Shown here piece by piece: positions 1 through 8,672 of a stretch of DNA of 20,276 bases. The stretch lies in UHGV virus genome UHGV-1757948; one strand, 5' to 3'. Both the position numbers and the translations under genes were made by a program. The stretch's first letter is position 1, and every line of letters begins with the position of its first letter. This stretch comes from a virus. The notes under the pieces were generated by a model. That model was not told where the DNA came from, made no database searches, and saw only the letters and a program-made list of their open reading frames with translations.

Positions 1-85
1 AGTAAGATATAATCAAGAAGAGCATCTTCTGTATGTCAGCAACTATACTTGTAAAGCCGATGATAGCATACTTTATGAAATAAGT

Positions 86-3000
86 GTGGATTTAACAGAC
101 ACCCTGACCGTGTCTCAATCCTCATTCAGAGCACAGCTCGATTCCATAAAAACAGAGATACTTACATCCCTGACTTATGGCATGCGTGGTGACATTTTAG
201 CACAATGCGCGAAGTATTTTCTGCGGAAAGACAGTCCGGACACAGCCTTGGATATTATAACATTCCTCAAAGGGCTGCTTGTGGGAGACGGAGACTACGG
301 CATAGATGCGGACGGTACCGCACGGCTGAAGAAACTTCTTGCCGACGAAGCCACAATGAAAACGCTGACCGTGACAGGAAGGGCACATTTCTTCGAGCTT
401 GTCATAGATGAGCTGAACAGCGTCGGAGGTCAACTGATACTGTCCGCTGCTAACTGCACGGTACGCTCTGTCGAAAGAATAAGCGGAGCATGGCGTCTGT
501 GGTGGCTGGCGGAGGACAGCGACGGCAGAGCCGTGCAGAACATGTGGAAGGTCGGAGACCAGGCTCTGGCAATGACATCCAATCTTGCCGAGGGGACATC
601 ATATGATGCAGGAAACAGACTATGGTGGAGACTTGTCACGGCAACAGGGAGCGGAACACGGAACATTGACGGTGAGGACAGAAAGTGCCATTGGATTGAA
701 GTGTCTGAAGCCACGTGCGCGGCTGACAGCCTTGAGCCTGCAGAGGGTGACAGCGTTTGTCTGTGCGGACACCGTGGTGACGACACAGCGCGCAGCCATG
801 CGATAATAATAGCCGCCCACTCCACTCCGGATACCGAGCTGGAGAGTCCGTCATTCGCGCAATACAACGGAATCACAAGTTTTTCTCTAAGCCAGTACCG
901 CACGACATGGTTCGCGGCTAACGGCAATAAGATAAGAGGCGAGCTGGATGTGGACACTTCCGGTCTTGTCAGCTACACGCACCTTGCATGGGGAAACGGT
1001 CCGGACGACTGGACAAAGGACAAATCCCAGAGCACGGCAAAAGACTGGCTCATGCTCGGCATATGCACAGACCGCACGGAGAGCGACGTGGCTCTCGTCT
1101 ACAGCGACTATGCATGGTCAAGGATTAAAGGTACTGACGGAAAGACCACATACTTCCATGTGAAATATTCTTCAAACGAGAACGGAAATCCCATGACAGA
1201 GACGCCCAACCTCTACATCGGCACATACGTTGACTTCACTGAGGCAGACAGCAACGACCCCTCGGACTACACGTGGTCACGCTTCCAAGGATATGACGGG
1301 GAGCAGGGGATACCGGGGAAAAACGGTACGGACGGAAAGACAAGCTACCTTCACATCAAATATTCCGACGACGGGGGAAAGACGTTCACCGCCAGCAACG
1401 GTGAGACACCGGGTGCGTGGCTCGGGCAATGCGTAGACTTCAACTCATATGACCCGACAAGCGTTACCTCATATAAGTGGACACGGATACGCGGTGAGGA
1501 CGGAGCGGACGGAAGTGACGGTGAACCCGGCACGGACGGGCAGGACGGATTCTCGTGGGCACTTGACCCTGCCGCCATAACATTGGAGGCTGACAGTGAC
1601 GGTGTGGTGAGCATGCAGGATGCGACATCACGTCTGCGCGCATGGCTCGGCACGCGCGAGATGACTGTCACCATTACCGCCATAGAGCCAGTGCACTGTC
1701 TTGCGTCACGCAACGGGGCGCAGGTTACAATAACCGCAATAGGGACATATACGGCAGACTGGGGAGGTTCGGTGCCGTACGGAGCGGGATGGGTGCAGAT
1801 TACGGCACAGGCAACACTGGGAGGAGAGACCCGCAGTGTGAGCTGCCGCCTGTCCTTCACTGTATCGTCCATGGCACTCTCATCGCAGATTAAGGCTGAG
1901 ACGGACAGCATAAGCCTTAAAGTCGGCTATCTTGGGGCAAAGGACGGAAACATGGTGACCACTCCTGACATATTCCTGACAGGGAACGGGAACAAGACAT
2001 ACACAATCGGGGACATGTCAAGCCTGCGCGGAAAGACAATAACGGTATCATGCCTTGTCAAGACCGTATCCGCGGTTCCGGCGGCATCTGGCAACAGACG
2101 TATCGGCATGGAGCCCATGGTACGGTATGCCGACGGCAGCACGCAGTATCTCGGAACATGGAGGCAGATAACATCCACGGACACGTTCGAGGGACGCATA
2201 AGCTCCACACACAGGATACAGGATAAGGCTGTGGCGTCGGTAGAACAGTGTAACCTGTATATACAGGGCATATCATCAGGATACTCGTCCGTATCGCGTC
2301 CAAAGATAGAGACAGGTGCGGACGCGACAGACTGGGGACTCAGCGCGGAGGACAGGCTTAAAAGACCGAATCTTCTTCCAGGAACATCGGACTTCAGCCA
2401 ATGCACCGTACAGGATACCGTAGAGGCAGGAGCATACACGACACCTTACGGAGAAAAAATAAGCGTGGCACACGGTGTGAACGAAGCCGGGACATCATAC
2501 AAGGACGTCATCACATGGCGCAACGTGGTGCCCGAGCCGGGCGTACAGTATACGCTCTCATTCTGGGCGCGCGGCACAGGCAGCATCGGCTCGTACTTCT
2601 ATCCGAACTGCACCGACTGGGTCACAAGTCCGGGGACGAAGAACCAGACAGGTGTGACAGACGGATTCGTACAGTTCACGCTTGAAAGCGGATGGAACCG
2701 CTACCAGGTGACATGGAGCACACGCAACGATGTAAGCGGAGCGAAAAGTCTCATAGCGGCACGGCTCATGCCGGACAGTTCTGCACAGGGAGAGATCTGG
2801 ATATGCGGAGTGAAGCTGGAGAAAGGCAGCGAGGCGACAGACTGGCGTTCGGAGACAATCACGCACGACGAGCTGCAGGCGACAGGAATAGACATTGAGC
2901 ACAAGCGCATAAAGGTCACTGCCGACAACTTCGAGATACAGAACAACTCAGGCGAGACTGTCACCACTGTCGACGAGGCGGGCACCCTTACAGGTGTGAT

Positions 3001-3778
3001 GCTCCGCACTATGGACGAAGGACAGGGGCATGTGGAGATAAAGGGAGGACTGATTGAGGTAAAGAACCCTAACGGTGTGACCAACATCAAAATGGGATAT
3101 AACGGCTCATACATGGTACTGTCATATTATGACAATGACGGTACGTTCCTTTATGACCTCGGACCGTGGGGACTGTCCGGCAAGGATGTCTCGGAAGAAC
3201 GGTGGGAGACCAGCAGCAAATACGGACGCCTGCAGCTGACAGGGACCACATTCTCCACCGTAGGCGACATCGTTGGCAACAAACAGATAATGAACACCAT
3301 ATTCCAATATGGTCATGTGTACACGAAAACACCTTTGTACATGTATCTTGCAGGGCGCGTAAACGACACATATCTCAGCGGTGACTACGCCTCCACTCCG
3401 GAGATTGCAAGAGCCGCGAACGGCAGATGGTTCATGGAGCAGGGTAATGTGACCACGGCACAGGCTGTCACAGGAATGTGGGCGCAGGACAATCCGGAAT
3501 CGTTCATGATAGGCTCGCCTATGGACACACCGCCAATGGACTATACGCGATATGAAGATGACTATGCGGAAAAGGTGGATTTCTCCAGACAATGGTGCTC
3601 GCGCAATGTGTACAGATTCTCGAACATCGGAATCGTACAACCGGGAAGCGGCACCGTATACTACGGCAGCATGATAACGACAACAGCCGTATACATGAAT
3701 TATGACAGGGTGCAGATGATACAGATTAATCGCATTGACGATGATGACACGGACACGAACGGAAACATATATTTATGA
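86..3778 (+). CDS. Tail fibre / host-specificity protein with phage-tail-repeat-like modules, two collagen-like Gly-X-Y runs and a C-terminal lectin-like domain
   Basis: 1230-aa ORF. Three tandem ~60-aa modules (DYAWSRIKGTDGKTTYFHVKYS / DYTWSRFQGYDGEQG...SYLHIKYS / SYKWTRIRGEDGADG). Gly-X-Y runs GYDGEQGIPGKNGTDGKT and GEDGADGSDGEPGTDGQDG. C-terminal segment SFWARGTG...VKLEKGSEATDW recalls phage receptor-binding carbohydrate-binding domains. Start given as GTG at 86, but the frame is open to position 2, so the true start may lie upstream of the window; a different-frame ORF ends with TAA at 81-83. Confidence 0.8.
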   Translation: MDLTDTLTVSQSSFRAQLDSIKTEILTSLTYGMRGDILAQCAKYFLRKDSPDTALDIITFLKGLLVGDGDYGIDADGTARLKKLLADEATMKTLTVTGRAHFFELVIDELNSVGGQLILSAANCTVRSVERISGAWRLWWLAEDSDGRAVQNMWKVGDQALAMTSNLAEGTSYDAGNRLWWRLVTATGSGTRNIDGEDRKCHWIEVSEATCAADSLEPAEGDSVCLCGHRGDDTARSHAIIIAAHSTPDTELESPSFAQYNGITSFSLSQYRTTWFAANGNKIRGELDVDTSGLVSYTHLAWGNGPDDWTKDKSQSTAKDWLMLGICTDRTESDVALVYSDYAWSRIKGTDGKTTYFHVKYSSNENGNPMTETPNLYIGTYVDFTEADSNDPSDYTWSRFQGYDGEQGIPGKNGTDGKTSYLHIKYSDDGGKTFTASNGETPGAWLGQCVDFNSYDPTSVTSYKWTRIRGEDGADGSDGEPGTDGQDGFSWALDPAAITLEADSDGVVSMQDATSRLRAWLGTREMTVTITAIEPVHCLASRNGAQVTITAIGTYTADWGGSVPYGAGWVQITAQATLGGETRSVSCRLSFTVSSMALSSQIKAETDSISLKVGYLGAKDGNMVTTPDIFLTGNGNKTYTIGDMSSLRGKTITVSCLVKTVSAVPAASGNRRIGMEPMVRYADGSTQYLGTWRQITSTDTFEGRISSTHRIQDKAVASVEQCNLYIQGISSGYSSVSRPKIETGADATDWGLSAEDRLKRPNLLPGTSDFSQCTVQDTVEAGAYTTPYGEKISVAHGVNEAGTSYKDVITWRNVVPEPGVQYTLSFWARGTGSIGSYFYPNCTDWVTSPGTKNQTGVTDGFVQFTLESGWNRYQVTWSTRNDVSGAKSLIAARLMPDSSAQGEIWICGVKLEKGSEATDWRSETITHDELQATGIDIEHKRIKVTADNFEIQNNSGETVTTVDEAGTLTGVMLRTMDEGQGHVEIKGGLIEVKNPNGVTNIKMGYNGSYMVLSYYDNDGTFLYDLGPWGLSGKDVSEERWETSSKYGRLQLTGTTFSTVGDIVGNKQIMNTIFQYGHVYTKTPLYMYLAGRVNDTYLSGDYASTPEIARAANGRWFMEQGNVTTAQAVTGMWAQDNPESFMIGSPMDTPPMDYTRYEDDYAEKVDFSRQWCSRNVYRFSNIGIVQPGSGTVYYGSMITTTAVYMNYDRVQMIQINRIDDDDTDTNGNIYL
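1105..1558 (+). repeat. Intragenic tandem protein-module repeats (about three copies) including collagen-like triplet runs
   Basis: Repeated Y-x-W-S/T-R-I/F-x-G-x-DG ... S/T-Y-F/L-H-V/I-K-Y-S pattern read directly from the translation; Gly-X-Y runs at about 1288-1341 and 1492-1549. Confidence 0.55.
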
Positions 3779-3800
3779 TAAAAAAACAGGAGGACAGTAT

Positions 3801-3908
3801 ATGACATTGACAACATTGAACTTTTCCAAGACCGGAGGCTTGTGGCATGCGGAATGGACACATGGCGGTGAGGGAATATTACAGATAGACGGTGAGCCGG
3901 AACAGTAA
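3801..3908 (+). CDS. Small hypothetical protein (35 aa)
   Basis: ATG at 3801 preceded by a strong Shine-Dalgarno-like CAGGAGGA with about 8-nt spacing; ends TAA 3906-3908; sits between tail genes. Too short for the ORF track. Sequence MTLTTLNFSKTGGLWHAEWTHGGEGILQIDGEPEQ. Confidence 0.25.
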   Translation: MTLTTLNFSKTGGLWHAEWTHGGEGILQIDGEPEQ

Positions 3909-3924
3909 AGAAAGGAGACAGACC

Positions 3925-4578
3925 ATGAGACGTATAAGAATAGGAAACGACATCATTCTGCGCATAAGGCTTACACGCCGTGGCGGTGCAGAGAACCTCG
4001 AGGGAAAGAAAATAGGTCTTATGCTGCGCAACATTCTCGGCAGTGTGAGCCTTCTTGTAGTACAGTCAGGAGGGGAGCTGATAGCAGGATGGCAGGGCAC
4101 ACAGCAGCAGTGGACAGGTGCGTATACAGTGACACTCACAGAGGATTGGGGCGAGAACAACCGCAACACCGTGGATGAGGCATGCGCCTTCGAGCTTGTG
4201 TCAATAAGCAGCGACGAGGGTGTGGAGACCGGCACCGTGAACATCGAGCTTGACATGGACATCAGCGTGCCGGGCAACGGTCTGTCCGCCTATGAGATAG
4301 CCGTGCTGCACGGCTTTGAGGGCACAGAAGAAGAATGGCTGGAGAGTTTAAAGCCCGACACGAGTAATTTTGTGACAACCGAACAAGTAGCGGAAGACTA
4401 TCAGCCAAAGGGAGATTATGTTACAGAAGCACCTAAGGATGGGAAAAACTATGTACGGAAAGATGGAAGCTGGACTGAGTTTGCAGGAAGTGGAAAAGCT
4501 AATGCCTTTTTTTCGAATAATATCCTTAAATTTGAGAGCGGAGGAGCACAATTTAACAACAACATATTAATAATTTGA
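3925..4578 (+). CDS. Tail fibre protein with a conserved central motif and a phage-fibre-repeat C-terminus
   Basis: ATG at 3925 preceded by AAAGGAG. Contains LSAYEIAVLHGFEGTEEEWLESLK, a motif I recognise from phage tail fibre proteins, followed by an EDYQPKGDYVTEAPKDG repeat. Composition shifts from GC-rich to AT-rich at the motif. Confidence 0.7.
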   Translation: MRRIRIGNDIILRIRLTRRGGAENLEGKKIGLMLRNILGSVSLLVVQSGGELIAGWQGTQQQWTGAYTVTLTEDWGENNRNTVDEACAFELVSISSDEGVETGTVNIELDMDISVPGNGLSAYEIAVLHGFEGTEEEWLESLKPDTSNFVTTEQVAEDYQPKGDYVTEAPKDGKNYVRKDGSWTEFAGSGKANAFFSNNILKFESGGAQFNNNILII

Positions 4579-4580
4579 TT

Positions 4581-5315
4581 ATGTCAGAAAAAATTAGCCA
4601 AATTCAGATTAACGCCGACGTCAGAGATATAGAAGACGCGCAGGCATTACACAAAGGTGATAGTTTAGGCACAATAAATGGACAGTCTTTTAATGAAGGT
4701 AATGACTTAAACATTGAAGTTGGTACCAATGATTACAATGCCCTTAAAAACAAGCCACAAATAAACGGACATGAGTTGTCTGGGAATAAATCAGCAAAAG
4801 ATTTAGGCTTACAAGAAGCAGGTGACTATGTAACTCCCGAAGATATACCCGATGTGAGCGAACTGGCAACAAAGACAGAATTGGCAGAAGGACTGGAAGG
4901 CAAGCAGCCAAAGGGTGATTATGCCACAAAGGCAGAAATACCAGATGTGAGTGGATTTATTACCTCTTCACAAGCGGAAGAAAAATATCAGCCGAAAGGA
5001 ACTTATGTCACCACGACTGAACTATCTAAAAAGGCAGATAAAATCGCAACCGAAAATGTAGCCGAAACTACAAAGGAATTGCAACCGAACAAGTATTACA
5101 TATTTGGCGAAGTTGCCACACTTACCATAACTCTTGCAGCAGGAGAAGAAAATGTCCTTGCTGAATACATGTTTGAGTTTACAAGCGGCACAACTCCAAC
5201 AATATTGTCACTGCCCGAGGACGTTAAATGGATAGGTGAAAGCACGATTGAGGCAAGCAAGACATATCAAGTGAGCATCGTCAATAATATAGCAGTCATG
5301 GGAGGTGCAGCATGA
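4581..5315 (+). CDS. Tail fibre / receptor-binding protein with repeated Q-P-K-G-(D/T)-Y units
   Basis: ATG at 4581 (track start is TTG at 4575). Repeats GKQPKGDYATKAEIPDVSG and EKYQPKGTYVTTTELSKKADK, and a KPQINGHELSGNKSAKDLGLQ motif typical of phage fibre proteins. AT-rich. Stop overlaps the next start (ATGA at 5312-5315). Confidence 0.7.
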   Translation: MSEKISQIQINADVRDIEDAQALHKGDSLGTINGQSFNEGNDLNIEVGTNDYNALKNKPQINGHELSGNKSAKDLGLQEAGDYVTPEDIPDVSELATKTELAEGLEGKQPKGDYATKAEIPDVSGFITSSQAEEKYQPKGTYVTTTELSKKADKIATENVAETTKELQPNKYYIFGEVATLTITLAAGEENVLAEYMFEFTSGTTPTILSLPEDVKWIGESTIEASKTYQVSIVNNIAVMGGAA

Positions 5316-6001
5316 GCATATACAGACGCAGGCTTATGATAGCCAACACACTTAAAAAGAGTGACAGCAACATAAATTATCCTGGACTTATTGCAGCATG
5401 GTCGGCAGCAGGAAAGAGCAATGACGATGCTGATAGAAACGTGTTGCACGATTTGACGGGTAATGGGCTTGACATTACGCTGAACGGCTTTGCGTTCAAT
5501 ACAGAAGGAAGTGGCTATGGACATCCCGAATACCCCGATGCTCTTGTCTTTGACGGAGTGGATGATTACGGTATTAATGAGGAAATGCCGATATTGACTG
5601 ATTATACGGTTATTGTTAAGAGAGAAATATTTAGTGGCGGATTATATTCTCATGTAATCGGAAAACGTACAGGCTCTATACCGGGAGCTTTTTGGTTTGA
5701 AAGAGGTAAAGGAGATACTCATAGCTTTGGAATGGCTAATTCAATCAATATATTAAATGAAAGTATATCTTGGCAGTCCACGACAAGCTATAACGGGACA
5801 CCTATAGAAAAAGGTGAAGCTGAGGATATTCATGAATTAACGATAGGTGTAGCAAGCAAAACATATCCAGATTTTAGGGGTATGGCTTTCTACTCCGCCT
5901 ACCTCTTTGACCGCTCATTGGGTGAGCAGGAGATAAAGTCATTTATTAGAAAGTATATAGACGCAGACTATCTGTTACCGAGTGAACAAACAACAGAATA
6001 A
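5312..6001 (+). CDS. LamG / concanavalin-A-like lectin-domain protein (tail-associated)
   Basis: Segment NVLHDLTGNGLDITLNGFAFNTEGSGYGHPEYPDALVFDGVDDYG resembles Laminin_G_3-type jelly-roll domains; translationally coupled to the upstream fibre gene. Confidence 0.55.
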   Translation: MSIYRRRLMIANTLKKSDSNINYPGLIAAWSAAGKSNDDADRNVLHDLTGNGLDITLNGFAFNTEGSGYGHPEYPDALVFDGVDDYGINEEMPILTDYTVIVKREIFSGGLYSHVIGKRTGSIPGAFWFERGKGDTHSFGMANSINILNESISWQSTTSYNGTPIEKGEAEDIHELTIGVASKTYPDFRGMAFYSAYLFDRSLGEQEIKSFIRKYIDADYLLPSEQTTE

Positions 6002-6006
6002 AGAAT

Positions 6007-6663
6007 ATGAGATTTATTATAGCAACAATAGCACAAGCAAAGGCGCACGGAATTGAGATTATATCGACAATGCGCCAATCAGTGGATAAGACACAAGTAG
6101 TGTTCCACGAAGAATATGTAAAGAACATTGACGAATTTAATGCCTTAAAGAGGTATGAATTTGATGATGCTGAATTTACAGACCTTATGGCAAGTGAAGC
6201 ATGGACACACGGAGAAGATTATGTGCAGCCAAATGAGGACTTTGCAAAGGTATTAGCCATGCAGATATTGACAGCAGACACAAAGGCGCAGATAAACACC
6301 ATGTCGCTGTCTAACAACGAGGCTCTGAAAGTTAAGGAGTTTTATCCCGAATGGAAAGAAGGAATTGACGTCAACAAAGGCGAAAAGTACAACTGTGACG
6401 ATGACCTTTGGGAAGCACTTACAACGCATAAGACGCAGGCGAATTGGCGTCCGTCTTTGGAAACCGCATCTATATGGAAACATATTGACGAGGAACATGA
6501 GGGCACAGAGGACGACCCGATACCATACGCACCGCCTATGGAGTTGTTCAACGGTAAATATTACACGCAAGACGAGGTAAAATACAGGTGTACCCGTGAC
6601 AGCGGAATACCTTTGTCACAGAACCTGAGTGAACTTGTGGGATTATATGTGGAACTTGTTTAA
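6007..6663 (+). CDS. Hypothetical protein (218 aa), last gene of the AT-rich fibre cassette
   Basis: Long ORF with no competing frame, plausible amino-acid composition, no recognisable motif. Confidence 0.5.
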   Translation: MRFIIATIAQAKAHGIEIISTMRQSVDKTQVVFHEEYVKNIDEFNALKRYEFDDAEFTDLMASEAWTHGEDYVQPNEDFAKVLAMQILTADTKAQINTMSLSNNEALKVKEFYPEWKEGIDVNKGEKYNCDDDLWEALTTHKTQANWRPSLETASIWKHIDEEHEGTEDDPIPYAPPMELFNGKYYTQDEVKYRCTRDSGIPLSQNLSELVGLYVELV

Positions 6664-6680
6664 TTTAAAAACCAAAGACT

Positions 6681-6944
6681 ATGAAGGAAAAAGTTATCAG
6701 ATTCGTGACAAACAGATGGTTCGGCTTCGTGGCAGGACTGGTAATCGCAATGCTGTACATGTGGCAGGAACAGAGCCTCGGCAGCGTCAACGCGTGGATA
6801 ATGGGAATCATCACACCTATGCTCTTCGGAGCGTTCGCCGAGGTGGTGAGACATGTCACCACGGAGGACACGTACAAGTGGAAGAACCTGCTGTGGTGGC
6901 TCGCGGGAGCTGTCATTGGAGTAGTGGCGATGCTTGTGGTTTGA
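6681..6944 (+). CDS. Holin-like small membrane protein with three predicted TM segments
   Basis: 87 aa with hydrophobic stretches WFGFVAGLVIAMLYMW, AWIMGIITPMLFGAFA and LLWWLAGAVIGVVAMLVV; lies upstream of the endolysin. Confidence 0.55.
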   Translation: MKEKVIRFVTNRWFGFVAGLVIAMLYMWQEQSLGSVNAWIMGIITPMLFGAFAEVVRHVTTEDTYKWKNLLWWLAGAVIGVVAMLVV

Positions 6945-7026
6945 TTCCCGGCATCCAGGGCAGGGACTCATATGCCCTGCCCTATCATTTGACTTGATGT
7001 ATGTACGAATAAAAAAACAAGGGAGA

Positions 7027-7260
7027 ATGAACAAGATTATAATGTGGTTTAAGACAAGCAACCGATGGAAGCATCTGCTTGGCGGTCTGATTATCGGTAT
7101 GGGAGCGGATGATATATACTGTGCGGCATACGCAGGCATAGGCGTTGCGGCAGCCCTTGAACTGAAAGACAGGCAATGGGGCGGCAAATGGGACTGGACA
7201 GACTTCGGGCTGACAACAGCCGGAACAGTTGTGGGACAATGCATAAGGATGATGATATGA
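7027..7260 (+). CDS. Holin-like small membrane protein, paralog of the 6681 gene (possible holin/antiholin pair)
   Basis: Internal ATG at 7027 preceded by GGGAGA. N-terminus MNKIIMWFKTSNRWKHLLGGLIIGMG parallels MKEKVIRFVTNRWFGFVAGLVIAML of the upstream gene. Stop overlaps the next start (ATGA 7257-7260). Confidence 0.45.
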   Translation: MNKIIMWFKTSNRWKHLLGGLIIGMGADDIYCAAYAGIGVAAALELKDRQWGGKWDWTDFGLTTAGTVVGQCIRMMI

Positions 7261-7865
7261 ACGAGGTACAAAGCACATTGGAGGTCGCAAAAGGCATAAG
7301 CGACTATGGGATAATGATAGTCATCTGCGCGGTGTTCCTGCTGCTCGCCTCAGGTCTGATGATTGCGTGTTTCCGCTGGTTCAAATCAGCGATAAGCAAC
7401 ATAATATCCTACACTGACGAGCTGCGCGAGCTTAACGGAAAGCTGGAAAACAACAACCACGTCATGGTGACGATAGCGGAGGGACTGATGCCTGAGACAC
7501 AACTGCGGATAAAGAACATATCCGGAGCGTTCTTTGACCTTGCGGTGGAGAAAGTATGCAGACTCCTGAAGAAAATAAGGGAGGAGAACCATATAGCCGA
7601 CAAGGAAAGGACAAAGGCTAAGATACGCACCCTGCTGAGCAACATGTATGAGGACAGGAACAGCAAGTTCGACAATTTCCATTACCGTGGGAAAAAGCTC
7701 TCGGAGTACTGCAATCCGGAATGGACAGAATGGGTGGCGAAAGTAATAGAGGGAGAGCTGTACAATGAGAACGGTGCGAACAACGGAAGAGCCTACACCA
7801 ACGTCAGCGCAGTATATGACAATATAAAATTGGACTTTTATCACAGAATGACAGACCAGATATGA
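7257..7865 (+). CDS. Signal-anchor membrane protein of the lysis cassette (possible i-spanin-like or lysis regulator)
   Basis: Start taken at ATG 7257 (MNEVQ...) rather than the track start 7176. Single N-terminal TM segment IMIVICAVFLLLASGLMIACF followed by a charged, helical-looking domain; position between holin-like genes and endolysin. Confidence 0.45.
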   Translation: MNEVQSTLEVAKGISDYGIMIVICAVFLLLASGLMIACFRWFKSAISNIISYTDELRELNGKLENNNHVMVTIAEGLMPETQLRIKNISGAFFDLAVEKVCRLLKKIREENHIADKERTKAKIRTLLSNMYEDRNSKFDNFHYRGKKLSEYCNPEWTEWVAKVIEGELYNENGANNGRAYTNVSAVYDNIKLDFYHRMTDQI

Positions 7866-7895
7866 CGATAAACGCATTTTACAACATTATAAATC

Positions 7896-8489
7896 ATGGA
7901 AAAGTTTAAAGTTATACTTGATGCGGGACACGGAAGGGACACCGCAGGGAAACGTTCGCCTGACGGACGCCTGCTCGAATACGCATACGCCCGTGAGATT
8001 GCAGTGCGTCTTGAAAGGGAACTCAAGGCACGTGGATATGACGCGCAGCGCATTGTGCCCGAGGAAAACGACATCTGCCTGAAAGAGCGGTGCGAAAGGG
8101 CAAACAGAATTTATGCCGCGACAGGAAAGAAAGCGATACTTGTCTCAATACACTGTAACGCGGCTGGTGCCGACGGCAAATGGCATGACGCCAGAGGATG
8201 GTCGGCTTATGTCTCGCGCAACGCTTCAAAGAAGAGCAAAGAGCTCGCCTGCCGTCTGATTGACGCGGCAGAGACACAAGGACTGAAAGTCCGAAGATAC
8301 TCACAGGATGAGCCATATTGGACACAGAATCTCGCAATATGCCGTGACACAAATTGTCCCGCAGTCCTGACTGAAAACCTTTTTCAGGACAACCGGGAGG
8401 ACGTGGACTATCTGCTGAGCGAGAAAGGCAAGCGAACCATTGTGGAGCTGCACGTGGAAGGCATCATGGCGTACTTGGGGAAAGTGTGA
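7896..8489 (+). CDS. N-acetylmuramoyl-L-alanine amidase (Amidase_3 family) endolysin
   Basis: Amidase_3 signature segments VILDAGHGRDTAGKRSPDG, VSIHCNAAG and VLTENLFQDNREDVDYL (zinc-ligand and active-site regions); 197 aa; follows the holin-like genes. Confidence 0.9.
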   Translation: MEKFKVILDAGHGRDTAGKRSPDGRLLEYAYAREIAVRLERELKARGYDAQRIVPEENDICLKERCERANRIYAATGKKAILVSIHCNAAGADGKWHDARGWSAYVSRNASKKSKELACRLIDAAETQGLKVRRYSQDEPYWTQNLAICRDTNCPAVLTENLFQDNREDVDYLLSEKGKRTIVELHVEGIMAYLGKV

Positions 8490-8514
8490 GCTCGTTTCCA
8501 AAATGGAAATAACT

Positions 8515-8544
8515 GACGACAGTTGCAAATTCCGCAACCGTCGT
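8515..8544 (+). terminator. Hairpin after the endolysin gene (candidate terminator of the late operon)
   Basis: Inverted repeat ACGACAGTTGC - aaattcc - GCAACCGTCGT (10 of 11 bp paired) starting 26 nt after the amidase stop. No immediate T-run, so intrinsic-terminator status is uncertain. Confidence 0.3.
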
Positions 8545-8627
8545 AAAGGCGTTCTTTGACATTGTGGGTTGCCGTTAAAAATACAATATTTTCGAAAAAT
8601 TATATACAATTATTTTGGGAAATTATA

Positions 8628-8635
8628 TATCTTTG
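8628..8635 (+). promoter_or_regulatory. Possible Bacteroidota-type -7 promoter element (TAnnTTTG) in an AT-rich intergenic region
   Basis: TATCTTTG matches TAnnTTTG about 38 nt upstream of ATG 8673, flanked by direct repeats AAATTATATA (8597-8606 and 8619-8628). Could be chance in AT-rich DNA. Confidence 0.2.
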
Positions 8636-8647
8636 CACAATATAAGA

Positions 8648-8669
8648 AGCCCTTACGGCAATAAGGGCT
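8648..8669 (+). promoter_or_regulatory. Perfect 8-bp stem-loop immediately upstream of the 8673 start codon
   Basis: AGCCCTTA - cggcaa - TAAGGGCT; ends 3 nt before ATG 8673. Could be a 5'-UTR translational control element or a terminator if the gene actually starts at ATG 8709. Confidence 0.35.
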
Positions 8670-8672
8670 GAA

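Noticed and set aside
1288-1549. A genuine collagen triple-helix domain in the tail protein
   Set aside because: Only two runs of six Gly-X-Y triplets are present, too short to assert a stable collagen helix; reported as collagen-like segments only.
197-3640. Multiple antisense and alternative-frame ORFs inside the large tail gene (for example 430-957, 1351-1911, 1927-2439, 2701-3114 and 3122-3640 on the minus strand)
   Set aside because: All lie within the 1230-aa ORF that carries recognisable repeats and domains; their translations are Arg/Cys/Ser/Pro-rich and low-complexity, typical of shadow ORFs in GC-rich coding sequence.
4501-4583. Possible frameshift fusion of the two tail-fibre ORFs through the T7 homopolymer at 4507-4513
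   Set aside because: Both alternative frames were read by hand and hit stop codons (TAA at 4518-4520 and 4568-4570) before reaching the downstream ORF, so a simple plus or minus one slip at the T-tract does not fuse the genes.
6934-7260. Longer N-terminal extensions of track ORFs 6934-7260 and 7176-7865
   Set aside because: The extensions overlap upstream genes and lack start context; internal ATGs at 7027 (after GGGAGA) and 7257 (ATGA coupling) give compact, non-overlapping genes.
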